Shown: piece after piece, positions 18,014-28,001 of the stretch
Layout of the letters: each line of letters begins with the position of its first letter
How positions within the stretch are numbered: position 1 is the stretch's first letter
Assembly (NCBI GenBank): GCA_964427915.1
Contig: CAYRWA010000001.1
Coordinates: forward strand, 1,619 to 65,618
DNA: 64,000 bases
DNA from: an uncultured Caldisericota bacterium
GTDB taxonomy: Bacteria; Caldisericota; Caldisericia; UBA6126
Reading direction: 5' to 3'
Made by a program: the position numbers and the translations under genes
The notes under the pieces: model-generated
Database searches by the model: none
What the model saw: the letters and a program-made list of their open reading frames with translations, nothing else
What the model was told of the DNA's origin: nothing

Positions 18014-19447
18014 ATGAAGAGAATTAGATGGGGACAACTCATAGTAATTATAGTTGTGCTTGGACTCTCAATAGTGAGTATTGTGTTTAACTACAGAAAC
18101 AATCTCATTAAATTTGGACTTGACTTACAGGGCGGCGTCCACTTAGTAATGGAGGCACAGCCTATTAAAGAAACGGGAGAAATTCCCCAAGAAGATCTTA
18201 TTGAGTCAGAACCAAAAGAAGAAACAGAAAACACAGATGTTGATGCTTCCGAAGAAGCAATTGAAAGTGAAACTGAACAGGTTAACGAAGAATCGCTCGA
18301 TGAAAATCTTGTGGTTAGTAACGAATTGCTTCAATCAGAGAAAGAATCTGACAAGATTACAGCGGAAGAACTGAAGCAAGCAAAAAAAGTTATTGAAAAA
18401 CGTATTAATTATTTAGGTGTATCCGAAGCCACGGTCTCTATTCAAGGAAAAGACCGAATTATTGTCGATATCCCTGGCTATTCTGACGTCGACCAAGCAA
18501 AAGATATTATTGGTCGAGTGGCAGTTCTTACCTTTAAAGACGAAGACGAAAACATACTGGTAACAGGAAAGAATCTAAAAAAAGCCACGTTTGCTTACCA
18601 GCAAATGGAACAGATGGGCCCAAGAGAACCCGTTGTTCAATTGGAATGGGATGAAGTTGGAAAAGAATTGTTTGCCAAAGCAACGCGAGAAAATGTTGAA
18701 AAAACAATTTCCATTTATCTAGATGAATCTCTTCTTATTGCACCAAAAGTCAACGAAGAAATTACATCAGGAGATGCCGTAATTACTTTTGGTGACAAGA
18801 CCGAAGATAGTATTAAGGAAGCGCAAGAAGTTGCGATCCTTTTACAGGGTGGTTCTCTACCTGTAAAAATGACTTTCTTAGAAGAACGAGTCGTAGGTCC
18901 TTCATTAGGTCAAGATACTATTAAAAGCTCTGAAACGGGAGCAGTTATCGCAATAATAGGAATCATTCTTTTCTTGCTCCTTATGTACAAATTGCTTGGT
19001 GGTGTTGGAGCTTTAGCGTTACTAATGTATAGCATTATTTACCTTGGTTTCCTTTTGGGTATTCGTGCTACACTTTCTCTCCCCGCAATTGGGGCTATGG
19101 TACTGTCGGTTGGTATGGCTGTAGACTCAAATGTTATTGTCTTTGAGCGTATCAAAGAAGAGTTTGCTAAAGGCAGAACATTTCTCTCTGCTATTGGAGC
19201 TGGATATGCCCATGGATGGACAGCCATCTTTGATTCCAATTTGTCCATGTTGATTGCGATGTTCATCCTCTACTCCTTTGGGACAACCCAAATAAGAGGA
19301 TTCGCCATAACACTTGTAGCAGGTATTCTAGCAGCTCTTATAACATCCTACTTCTTTACACAGTTTATTTTAAGCCTTATAGCCGTAACCAATCCAAAAG
19401 TGAATGCCAAACTGTTTGGTTTACAATCCCCAGAGAAAGATAATTAG
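18014..19447 (+). CDS. secD: Protein translocase subunit SecD
   Basis: ORF track starts at TTG 17987. ATG 18014 (MKRIRWGQL) has AAAGGGTGA upstream. N-terminal TM, periplasmic domain, C-terminal 5-TM block (VGPSLG...MAVDSNVIVFERIKEE). Confidence 0.9.
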   Translation: MKRIRWGQLIVIIVVLGLSIVSIVFNYRNNLIKFGLDLQGGVHLVMEAQPIKETGEIPQEDLIESEPKEETENTDVDASEEAIESETEQVNEESLDENLVVSNELLQSEKESDKITAEELKQAKKVIEKRINYLGVSEATVSIQGKDRIIVDIPGYSDVDQAKDIIGRVAVLTFKDEDENILVTGKNLKKATFAYQQMEQMGPREPVVQLEWDEVGKELFAKATRENVEKTISIYLDESLLIAPKVNEEITSGDAVITFGDKTEDSIKEAQEVAILLQGGSLPVKMTFLEERVVGPSLGQDTIKSSETGAVIAIIGIILFLLLMYKLLGGVGALALLMYSIIYLGFLLGIRATLSLPAIGAMVLSVGMAVDSNVIVFERIKEEFAKGRTFLSAIGAGYAHGWTAIFDSNLSMLIAMFILYSFGTTQIRGFAITLVAGILAALITSYFFTQFILSLIAVTNPKVNAKLFGLQSPEKDN

Positions 19448-19462
19448 AAAGGAGGAGAGAGA

Positions 19463-20542
19463 ATGATCCCAATAAAAAAATGGAATATTATCGGACAAAG
19501 AAGAACAACCCTTTTAATCGCCCTTGTTCTATTCCTTGTTAGTGTAAGCATTATGAGTATACGTACAATGACAAAAGGCTCTCCTTTTAATCTAGGTGTA
19601 GACTTTACCGGTGGTGTCGTCATCAATGTTGATTTCATTACGGAAGAACCTCCTACCGTTGGAATGATTCGTGATGTTTTGGCAACTCATAACCAAGAAA
19701 GAGCCATCATTCAACAAGATAAGTTAAATCCCCAACATTTCATGATCCGCATGAAAGAAATCACAAATGAAGAACAAGATGTCATTATCGATCAGTTAGA
19801 AGAGAGTATTGGGCAGATTAACGACGATTCAAAACAGATTGATTTTATTGGACCTACTATTGGAAGTGAGCTTCGTAGAAATGCCTTTCTTACAATTGGT
19901 TTGGCACTTTTACTCATCCTTCTATATGTAGCTATCCGTTTTCGATTCAAAGATGGTATAGCAGCAATCATCGCATTGACACACGATATCGTGATCTCCT
20001 TGGGCATTATGTCTTTGCTTTGGATCCAATTTAACACTGCCTCTATCGCAGCTCTGCTTTCCATTACTGCATATTCTCTACAAGATAGTATTGTCATCTT
20101 GGACAGAGTCCGGGAAAATCTAAAATACTATCGAGACAAAATGACTTTTGCTGAGATTGCCAATATGTCCATTACAACTACCTGGATTCGATCCTTCAAT
20201 ACCTCTGTTACCACCCTTATTGGTGTTCTTGTGCTGGCTGTTTTCATGGGAAGTGCTCTTCGTGATTTTTCTAGCATTTTGCTTGTTGGATTAATCGCGG
20301 GAACATATTCCTCCCTATATATCGTAGTACCTCTTCTTGTTGGATGGCAAAAAGGGGACGATGACAAAGAACTGCGGCCTGTTTACTTAGAAGCATTGCA
20401 GTCAGATTCATACGATACAATAAAGACCCGAAAAGTCTCGCAAGCAACTACTAAGGTTTCTCATACAAGCCATACCGATTCAACCTCTTCCACATCCAAA
20501 AAACCTTCGAAGTCAAAGGGCAAGAATAAACGTCGAAGATAG
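19463..20542 (+). CDS. secF: Protein translocase subunit SecF with Ser/Thr/Lys-rich C-terminal tail
   Basis: 359 aa. SD GAAAGGAGGAG. Motifs GVDFTGG, SLQDSIVILDRVREN. Confidence 0.9.
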   Translation: MIPIKKWNIIGQRRTTLLIALVLFLVSVSIMSIRTMTKGSPFNLGVDFTGGVVINVDFITEEPPTVGMIRDVLATHNQERAIIQQDKLNPQHFMIRMKEITNEEQDVIIDQLEESIGQINDDSKQIDFIGPTIGSELRRNAFLTIGLALLLILLYVAIRFRFKDGIAAIIALTHDIVISLGIMSLLWIQFNTASIAALLSITAYSLQDSIVILDRVRENLKYYRDKMTFAEIANMSITTTWIRSFNTSVTTLIGVLVLAVFMGSALRDFSSILLVGLIAGTYSSLYIVVPLLVGWQKGDDDKELRPVYLEALQSDSYDTIKTRKVSQATTKVSHTSHTDSTSSTSKKPSKSKGKNKRRR

Positions 20543-20566
20543 AACATTCTCGCCTTACATTTCTTA

Positions 20567-20607
20567 TAAAAAAAGCCGGTAGATTTTAAAATCTACCGGC
20601 TTTTTTT
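20567..20607. terminator. Bidirectional terminator between convergent secF and pcrA
   Basis: AAAAAAAAGCCGGTAGATTT-TA-AAATCTACCGGCTTTTTTT (12-bp stem). Confidence 0.85.
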
Positions 20608-20651
20608 GGTTCGGTTTTCAATCGAATTGACTAAGAAGCGTAAATAAGTTC

Positions 20652-22901
20652 TTAAGATTTTGCCTTTGTAGGAGATGACTTTTTAAGTTCTTCAACAATG
20701 CGCAAGGGAGCATATTTAAAATTCAACATTCTCTCGCCAACGGTATCAAAATCAATATGAATGATATGTTCATTATCAATCTCTTTCAGGTCAAGTACAG
20801 TTCCGTGCCCCCATACTTTGTGGCAAACAATTTTACCTGCGGTTAAGTCATCTAGGCATACAGGGTTGCCCTTACTGTAATCTTTTTTGCTTCTGTTGAC
20901 CGAAGAAACTTTGCGCTTTAATCCAGATTCCCCATCTCTAGAAGAAGATATTTTTAAACGTTCAATGAGATCCTCAGAAATCTCTTCTAAGAAACGAGAA
21001 GGAGTAGTTTTAGTCGTTTTACCATACAATTCTCGGTTCATAGCATACGACAAATAAAGCTCAGTTTTTGCCCTGGTAAAGCCTACGTAACACAATCGTC
21101 GTTCTTCCTCTAGGGCATTTTGTTTGCAGTTTGACAGATAGTGAGGAAACAATCCTTCTTCCATGCCTGCCATAAACACAATTGGGAATTCCAAACCCTT
21201 CACAGAATGAATTGTCATAAGAGTTACTCTGGCTTGGTTTTGATCCATATGATCTAAGTCAGTGAATAAAGATACCTGCGCTAAAAAGGCTTGTAAAACA
21301 GGCTCATTTCCATCATATTTTTCTTCAAAATCATGAATAGCAGATAACAGCTCTCGCAGATTCGCTACCTTATCTTTGGCAATATCCTCTGCATACTCTG
21401 TTTCTATCATACTGGGAATATTTGTTTTCTCGTAAACTAGTTTTGCAACATCAAGAAGAGTTCCAGTTTGCAAGAGCTTTCTACCAGCTTCGACAACATC
21501 AATAAACTCTTGCAACCCTTTTCGTCCACGGGCAACTGCTTCCTTTTTCTTTAAAAGATGGTGACAGGCCGTATAAAAAGAACACTGGTCTTCATGAGCC
21601 ATCTTTTCAATTTTCCGAATAAAAACAGCTCCAATATTTCTCTTTGGGTAGTTAATGACACGGTTAATGCTTACCCTATCATCAGGGTTGTTAATAATTC
21701 GTAGATAGGCAATAAAATCTTTGACTTCTTTTCTCTGATAAAACCTATATCCCCCAACTAGTTGATATGGAATATCATCGGCCATTAATGCTTCTTCAAA
21801 ATTTCTACTAGCAGCATTAATCCGGTATAGTACAACAAAATCATCATAGGATCTTTTTTGTGTTTTGATTCGCTCTTGAATTAATTGAACAGTCTTTTGA
21901 GCTTCGTCTTTTTCGTTCGAACAGACTACTAATTTTACGGGTGTTCCTTTGTCGTTGCTAGTCCATAGCTTTTTTTCTTCCCGTTTTTCATTGTTTTGAA
22001 CTACACAATGAGCGGCATTGAGAATCATTTGGGAACAACGATAATTTTCTTCAAGTTTAATGACTTTTGCATCGGGGTATTCTTGTCTGAATCGCAACAT
22101 ATATGTTGGATCAGCACCGCGGAAAGCGTAGATAGACTGATCGTCATCACCCACTACAAAAATATTACGGTATTTATTCGCTAGCAATCGCAAAAGTTCA
22201 TATTGTACAGCATTTACATCTTGATATTCATCCACAAGAATGTGTTTAAAAAGCTCTTGGTATTGATCCAGTACAGAGGGTTCCTTCTGGAATAACATAA
22301 CTGTCTCGTAAATGAGATCATCAAAGTCAAGGGCATTGTTTTCTCTCAATCGCTTTTCATACAAAGCATAAACGTTGGATACAATATCTACAAAATAACC
22401 GGTGCCAGCTACATTAGGATAGTCCTGTGCACTCACTAAGGCAACTTTTGAATCAGAGATTGTTTTGGATACTGTGCGAGGATTCACTCTTTTAATGTCG
22501 ATATTGCTTTCTTTCATACAGTCTTTAATGAGAGCTAAGGAATCTTCTTCATCAAAGACTGTAAAGTCAGGTTGAAGAGAAATGGCTTTCCCCGATTGTC
22601 GTAAAATCCTGAGACAAATAGAATGAAATGTTCCTATCCAAAGTTTTTTATGGTCAATTTTTACTACGCCTTGTATACGGTCTTTCATTTCATTAGCAGC
22701 CTTGTTGGTAAAGGTAACTGCCAAAATATTTGTAATCGGAATTCCTTCATCCAATAAGTTTACAATGCGATAGGTGATGACTCTTGTTTTACCGGAACCA
22801 GCTCCTGCAAAAACTGCAACAGGCCCGTCAATAGTGGTGACGGCTTCGTATTGTTGGAGATTTAAAGAATCTTTTAAAGTCTTTTTTACATTTTTTGACA
22901 T
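20652..22901 (-). CDS. pcrA: ATP-dependent DNA helicase PcrA/UvrD (SF1)
   Basis: ORF track starts at TTG 22925. ATG 22901 (MSKNVKK) lies outside the rpsA terminator. Motifs AGAGSGKT, VDEYQDVN, VTLMTIHSVKGLEF, C-terminal Tudor-like tail. Confidence 0.92.
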   Translation of the reverse strand: MSKNVKKTLKDSLNLQQYEAVTTIDGPVAVFAGAGSGKTRVITYRIVNLLDEGIPITNILAVTFTNKAANEMKDRIQGVVKIDHKKLWIGTFHSICLRILRQSGKAISLQPDFTVFDEEDSLALIKDCMKESNIDIKRVNPRTVSKTISDSKVALVSAQDYPNVAGTGYFVDIVSNVYALYEKRLRENNALDFDDLIYETVMLFQKEPSVLDQYQELFKHILVDEYQDVNAVQYELLRLLANKYRNIFVVGDDDQSIYAFRGADPTYMLRFRQEYPDAKVIKLEENYRCSQMILNAAHCVVQNNEKREEKKLWTSNDKGTPVKLVVCSNEKDEAQKTVQLIQERIKTQKRSYDDFVVLYRINAASRNFEEALMADDIPYQLVGGYRFYQRKEVKDFIAYLRIINNPDDRVSINRVINYPKRNIGAVFIRKIEKMAHEDQCSFYTACHHLLKKKEAVARGRKGLQEFIDVVEAGRKLLQTGTLLDVAKLVYEKTNIPSMIETEYAEDIAKDKVANLRELLSAIHDFEEKYDGNEPVLQAFLAQVSLFTDLDHMDQNQARVTLMTIHSVKGLEFPIVFMAGMEEGLFPHYLSNCKQNALEEERRLCYVGFTRAKTELYLSYAMNRELYGKTTKTTPSRFLEEISEDLIERLKISSSRDGESGLKRKVSSVNRSKKDYSKGNPVCLDDLTAGKIVCHKVWGHGTVLDLKEIDNEHIIHIDFDTVGERMLNFKYAPLRIVEELKKSSPTKAKS

Positions 22902-22923
22902 AAAAGCTCTCTTTCGTAAAGGC

Positions 22924-22956
22924 AAAGAAAAAGAAAAAGGAGTCCCTGAGGACTCC
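22924..22956 (-). terminator. Rho-independent terminator after rpsA
   Basis: The minus strand reads GGAGTCC-TCAG-GGACTCC followed by TTTTTCTTTTTCTTT. Confidence 0.6.
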
Positions 22957-22976
22957 TTTTATAGATCATTTGAATA

Positions 22977-24209
22977 TTAGTTTGAGCCTTTTGGAACAAA
23001 TACATCCACATAGCTACTAAAATCATCTGATTTTGATTGATCATGATGGTTATCTGACGTTGAAGCTTCTTCTTCGTCAGAGATTTCATCTTCAGGTGGT
23101 ATGATATTTTTTCGGCTTAACTTCATTTTCTTTTGAGAGATGTCAAGCTCAACAATCTCTCCGCGAACAGTATCACCAACTTGAAAAATTTCCTCAATGG
23201 AGTTAATTCTTCGGTGGCTCATTTGGGAGATATGCATGAAGGAATTTATTCCTTCTTCTATTTCAATCAAAGCACCAAAGTTAAGATCTTTGACAACTTT
23301 TCCTTCGACAACTTGTCCCATATGGTAGTTGGCACCAGAAATTTCCCATGGATCTGGGAGTGTTCGTTTTAAGCTGAGAGAAATGCGATTGCGATCATCG
23401 GAAATACCGATTACTCGCACTTTGATTTTATCGTTCTTTTTGACAACATCAGATGGTTTCTTCGTTGCGCCCCATGCAAGTTCAGAAATGTGAACGAGTC
23501 CTTCGACGTTGAATCCAATGTCAACAAACACACCATAGTCGACAATATTGGTAACAATACCATCGAGAATAGTATTTACTTCAAGACCACCAACAAATTC
23601 GTTGCGAGAAGCCTTGTTATGTTCTTGCTCGATAATCTTATGAGATACAACTACTTTTCTTCGATCTTTTTCGAATTCAATAACTTGAACCTCAAGTGTT
23701 TGTCCAATATATTTCGAAAGGTCGTTTTGTCTTTTCACAGAAACCAAAGATCCGGGGAGAAAAGCTTGCACTCCATCGATATCAACAACCAAACCACCTT
23801 TCACTTTTTCGTGAACAATGGCTTTTACTTTTTCTTTTTCTCTGTAAGCTGTCTCAATATTATCAATGTTTAATTGATAAAGAGCTTTTTTGTGGGATAA
23901 GAAAATTCCACCTTTTGAATACTCGTCTCGAACAACCTTAACAGGTATCAAATCATCTACTTTAAATTGAGTACCTAGTTCTACATTGGGATCATGAACA
24001 ATTTCTTCGATTGGTACAAATACTTCACTTTTTCTTCCAATGTCTACCAAAAGACAGTCTTTGTCAACTTTGACAATTCGAACATCGACAATGTCTCCTC
24101 GTTTGTAACTTTGGACTAGGCGATCTGTATTTGATAGAATCGCATTTTCAAATTCATCAAGATCTCTTTCTTCAGTTTGATCAACGTTTTTAAAATCATC
24201 TGACATCAT
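22977..24209 (-). CDS. rpsA: 30S ribosomal protein S1 (four S1 domains)
   Basis: 410 aa. Repeated S1 OB-fold signature (G.IV.G.V....GVFVDIG...GLVHISEL). SD GAGGTG. Confidence 0.9.
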   Translation of the reverse strand: MMSDDFKNVDQTEERDLDEFENAILSNTDRLVQSYKRGDIVDVRIVKVDKDCLLVDIGRKSEVFVPIEEIVHDPNVELGTQFKVDDLIPVKVVRDEYSKGGIFLSHKKALYQLNIDNIETAYREKEKVKAIVHEKVKGGLVVDIDGVQAFLPGSLVSVKRQNDLSKYIGQTLEVQVIEFEKDRRKVVVSHKIIEQEHNKASRNEFVGGLEVNTILDGIVTNIVDYGVFVDIGFNVEGLVHISELAWGATKKPSDVVKKNDKIKVRVIGISDDRNRISLSLKRTLPDPWEISGANYHMGQVVEGKVVKDLNFGALIEIEEGINSFMHISQMSHRRINSIEEIFQVGDTVRGEIVELDISQKKMKLSRKNIIPPEDEISDEEEASTSDNHHDQSKSDDFSSYVDVFVPKGSN

Positions 24210-24333
24210 TATAACACCTCATAAACAACAAAATTCCAGTGTTTATTGTACCATAAACATACGTCAAGTAAAGCACATTTGAAAAGTCATTAAAAGAAGC
24301 TACAATTAAGGAAAATGATTTAGCGAGGGTATT

Positions 24334-24882
24334 ATGAAAAGAACGATATGGATTTTGATGGCATTGATTTTTATTGTGGCGCCTTTGGGCAGCTGTACAT
24401 TTACCAGTTCTGTTGATGACGTCCGATCCCGATCTTCCAACGATTCATCATCATTGCAGGATAACTCTCCGGTATCAAAAGATCCTCTTTCGGAAAAATC
24501 TTTTTCTACAGTTTTAGAAATTCCCATACTATCTGCGCATGTATTTATAAATGGGGAAAAAACATCTCTTGATACTCCCCCGGCATTTGTAACCGACGAA
24601 GAGATAACAATGATTCCTCTTAAATTTATCTCCGATGTTTTAGGGGCAAAAGTAGAGTGGTATCCCAATACAAAAGAAATTTCGGTTCTTCAAAGAGAAG
24701 GCGAAATCCAATTGCAGATTAACAATTCTACTGCGTATGTAAATGGAACTCCTTATTCGCTATCTACTCCTCCACGTATTCATCAAGAATATTCCTTTGT
24801 TCCTCTCGCCTTTATTGCAACCCATTTAAAATTTGAAGTTGAGTGGATTCCTGAAACAAAAACAGTAATTCTTCGAAAGTAG
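24334..24882 (+). CDS. Small lipoprotein with tandem copper-amine-oxidase N-terminal-like (stalk) domains
   Basis: 182 aa. Signal peptide plus lipobox-like APLGSC. Motifs MIPLKFISDVLGAKVEWYPNTKEISV and FVPLAFIATHLKFEVEWIPETKTVIL. Confidence 0.7.
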   Translation: MKRTIWILMALIFIVAPLGSCTFTSSVDDVRSRSSNDSSSLQDNSPVSKDPLSEKSFSTVLEIPILSAHVFINGEKTSLDTPPAFVTDEEITMIPLKFISDVLGAKVEWYPNTKEISVLQREGEIQLQINNSTAYVNGTPYSLSTPPRIHQEYSFVPLAFIATHLKFEVEWIPETKTVILRK

Positions 24883-24887
24883 ACATT

Positions 24888-27218
24888 TTACAAAACTAAT
24901 TTTTTGTTTCGAAAATGAACTGCTTTTGCAATTTCTTGTCCCAAATCCGGGTTTTTGATAAGAGTAGTAGCAATCTTTTTTGCTTTTTCCAGAAGAGGAT
25001 AGTCTTCTTCTAATCGCACCAACTGAGAAAATATATGACCGCTTTGGAGGGTTCCAAACAATTCTCCCGGACCCCGTAACTCCAAATCTTTTTCTGCAAT
25101 GGCAAATCCATTGTTTGATGTTTCTAATATAGTCATCCTCGCAGAGGAAGATGCATCAGTTACAAGAAAACAATACGATTTTTGCGACTTACGTCCAACT
25201 CTACCACGTAGCTGATGAAGCTGCGCTAAGCCAAATCGTTCCGCATTTTCGATCACCATAGCTGTAGCTTCTGCTACATCAACACCAACTTCAATTACGG
25301 TTGTAGAAACTAGAATGGATCGTTGAGTTTTTCTAAATTCACTCATGATATGATTTTTTTCTTCCATTTTCATTCTTCCGTGAAGGAGAAATACATCAAT
25401 CCCTGGGAATGTGGATTTGACTTCCTCTGTTTTGTGAATCGAATTGGCAACATCCAATGAATCAGATTCCTCAATAAGTGGACAGACGTAAAATATTTTC
25501 TCGTTTCTTTCAAGAATAGAACGCAGAATCTGGTTCATGTTTTCTCGTTCAGATGATGACACAATAGTGGTTTGGATGTTTTTCTTACCCCTGGGCAGTT
25601 CCTTAATCACTGATATATCTAAATCTCCAAATTGAGTTAAAGCCATCGTTCTAGGAATTGGTGTTGCACTCATCACAAGAATATGTGGATGCAATGCTTT
25701 TCCAAAAAGACGATTTCGTTGTTCAACACCAAATCGGTGCTGTTCGTCAATAACAAAAGTAGCAGGACGATGAAACGAAATTGCATCTTCAAATAAAGCG
25801 TGTGTTCCTACCACAAAATGGGCAGTACCAGTTTGGATCGAGTCCAGGGCACGTTCCCTATCGTTCTTTCTCATGTCACCAATTAGCAATGCACCCTGGA
25901 TGTTTTCATCGGGTGAAAATAGAGAGGTAAGAACCTGGTAAACTTGTCTTGCAAGGATCTCTGTTGGTGCCATGAATATAGCTTGATATTGGTTTTTTAT
26001 CGTGAAATAAAGCAAAGCCGCTGCCACTAAGGTCTTGCCGGATCCAACATCTCCGTGTAGAAGTCGATGCATTGGATACCCTGATTCCAAGTCTTGTCGA
26101 AACTCATCAATTGTTTTTTGTTGATCCTTGGTTAAAGAAAATGGCAGTAAGGACCGAAAAGAAGTCACAAGAGAATCCGTAACTGACAACTGTATGCCTT
26201 CCTTTTTTTGGTGGAGCATTTTATGCTCTAAAGCAACATATTGATTCAGTAAGAATTCATCTAAAACCAATCGTTTCCTTGCTTCCTCAGCAATCTGCAA
26301 AGACATAGGAAAGTGCATATGACACAAGGCTTCTGCCCGATGCATGACGTGCTCTTCTCTGCGAATAGCAGAGGGAAGAAACTCATGAATATGAACAATG
26401 TGGTCTTCTACCGTATGACGAATCAACTGCCTGTAAACCTTCTGTGAAAGTCCTTCTGTTAATTTATAAATGGGTACTATATCGTGAAAAGATCGGGACG
26501 TTTTGGTATTCTGTTGTATTTCAAATTCAGGGTTGCTCATTTGTATTTTTCCATATTGGTAGTGGAGTTTTCCAGACAAAAAAAGGCGATGTCCTCGATG
26601 ATCTTGAAACAGTTTCTTCAGATATTTTTGATTGATAAAAGAAACCAATAAAAAACCTGTTTTGTCCTTGACGACAACATTTGTTATCAAATAAGATCCT
26701 TTTTTTTGCTCCATCACGTTGTCAATATAAGCAGTTATTTGAACTGTTTCTCCCTGGTTCATGTAAGCCTCTTGGATCGCAATTGTTTTCCGGCGATCGT
26801 TCCAAGATTTGGGGAATGTATACAGAAAATCATGAATTTTATGAATTCCTAATCGTGACAATACTTGAGCTCTTTTTGGGCCAAACCCTTTGCAATATTG
26901 CAAAGGCTTTAACAAAATATCCTGCATAACTCCTGTTGGAATCAAGTTATCCCAATAATCATACAGAGTCCCTATGGAAGAAACAAGAAAGCCAAACGTT
27001 TCTTCATTAGGGTCCTTTTCGTATTCATGAAGACATCGATTAAACTGATCCCGCAGAGAACTTGGATACTCTTGAATAAACCATTGTTCAGTAGCTATAT
27101 TTTGTAGAAAATGAGAGAACCCTTTTTTGATGGATGTATTGGAAAAATGTGTATCCACTTCTTTTTGTAAAGCTACATGTACTCTTTTCCATAGGGCAAA
27201 GCTACGTTGGCTCTTCAA
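24888..27218 (-). CDS. recG: ATP-dependent DNA helicase RecG, with an apparent ~97-codon N-terminal extension
   Basis: 776 aa from TTG 27218. A canonical RecG N-terminus would start at ATG 26927 (MQDILLKPLQYCKGFGPKRAQVL). Motifs GDVGSGKT, DEQHRFG, LHQLRGRVGR. Confidence 0.9.
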   Translation of the reverse strand: MKSQRSFALWKRVHVALQKEVDTHFSNTSIKKGFSHFLQNIATEQWFIQEYPSSLRDQFNRCLHEYEKDPNEETFGFLVSSIGTLYDYWDNLIPTGVMQDILLKPLQYCKGFGPKRAQVLSRLGIHKIHDFLYTFPKSWNDRRKTIAIQEAYMNQGETVQITAYIDNVMEQKKGSYLITNVVVKDKTGFLLVSFINQKYLKKLFQDHRGHRLFLSGKLHYQYGKIQMSNPEFEIQQNTKTSRSFHDIVPIYKLTEGLSQKVYRQLIRHTVEDHIVHIHEFLPSAIRREEHVMHRAEALCHMHFPMSLQIAEEARKRLVLDEFLLNQYVALEHKMLHQKKEGIQLSVTDSLVTSFRSLLPFSLTKDQQKTIDEFRQDLESGYPMHRLLHGDVGSGKTLVAAALLYFTIKNQYQAIFMAPTEILARQVYQVLTSLFSPDENIQGALLIGDMRKNDRERALDSIQTGTAHFVVGTHALFEDAISFHRPATFVIDEQHRFGVEQRNRLFGKALHPHILVMSATPIPRTMALTQFGDLDISVIKELPRGKKNIQTTIVSSSERENMNQILRSILERNEKIFYVCPLIEESDSLDVANSIHKTEEVKSTFPGIDVFLLHGRMKMEEKNHIMSEFRKTQRSILVSTTVIEVGVDVAEATAMVIENAERFGLAQLHQLRGRVGRKSQKSYCFLVTDASSSARMTILETSNNGFAIAEKDLELRGPGELFGTLQSGHIFSQLVRLEEDYPLLEKAKKIATTLIKNPDLGQEIAKAVHFRNKKLVL

Positions 27219-27996
27219 GAGAAATTTCCTTCACAATTGGGCTAGAAATATGCAAATAGGTATCTAGATAGTGCGTAAGGATGCTTTGATCTTGACTCGT
27301 ATAATATTGATCAACGATGCCTTTCGTATCACATGAACGTAAACCCAGCGTCATATAGACCTTTTTTGTCTGTCTAGCTACACCTTCGATTGGATCTACA
27401 ATCTCAAAAATGCCCGGAAAGTGTGTTTGTAGATATGATTTTAGATACAAGAAATGGGTGCATCCAAGAACAACAACAGAATAACTGCTGCGCTTCAATT
27501 GTATAAAAAAAGTTTCTAGATACTGTTTTGTAGAAGCTTCCTGAAATCTATTGTATTCTACAATACTTGCTAAATTTGGCATCTCAAACGTATCCATAGT
27601 ATTTCCATGTTGCCATTCTTTCAGAAGAATTCCATATTGTTCACTTTTCGCAGACAAAGGCGTGACAAGAACCGCAATCTTTCTATTCTTTCCATTGGAA
27701 GAGGCAGGTTTTACAGCGGGAACGATTCCCACGAAAGGAATAGTAAATTGTTTCCGCAACCTATGTATTGCAGTAACCGTTGCAGTATTGCAAGCAACAA
27801 CAATTAGTTTGCATCCCCGCTGAAGAAGAAAAGAAGAAATTTTGGTTGCGTAGTCCATTACTTGTTCATCCGTTTTTTCCCCATAAGGAAAATGAAGATG
27901 GTCGGAATAATACAGGAAAGGGACCCCAGGGAGATATTGTTTGATTCTTTCATAGATAACTAAACCACCAACGCCTGAATCAAATATTCCAATCAT
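27202..27996 (-). CDS. murI: Glutamate racemase
   Basis: 264 aa. Motifs GIFDSGVGGL, VVACNTAT, LGCTHF. Confidence 0.92.
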   Translation of the reverse strand: MIGIFDSGVGGLVIYERIKQYLPGVPFLYYSDHLHFPYGEKTDEQVMDYATKISSFLLQRGCKLIVVACNTATVTAIHRLRKQFTIPFVGIVPAVKPASSNGKNRKIAVLVTPLSAKSEQYGILLKEWQHGNTMDTFEMPNLASIVEYNRFQEASTKQYLETFFIQLKRSSYSVVVLGCTHFLYLKSYLQTHFPGIFEIVDPIEGVARQTKKVYMTLGLRSCDTKGIVDQYYTSQDQSILTHYLDTYLHISSPIVKEISLEEPT

Positions 27997-28001
27997 TTTG
28001 A

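Noticed and set aside
22926-22976. Possible regulatory element between rpsA and pcrA
   Set aside because: The hairpin and T-run are adequately explained as the rpsA terminator. Nothing further, such as a riboswitch-size structure, fits in 51 nt.
24306-24668. 120-aa minus-strand ORF overlapping the lipoprotein gene
   Set aside because: The plus-strand frame has an SD, a signal peptide with lipobox, and two stalk-domain motifs. The minus-strand ORF has none of these.
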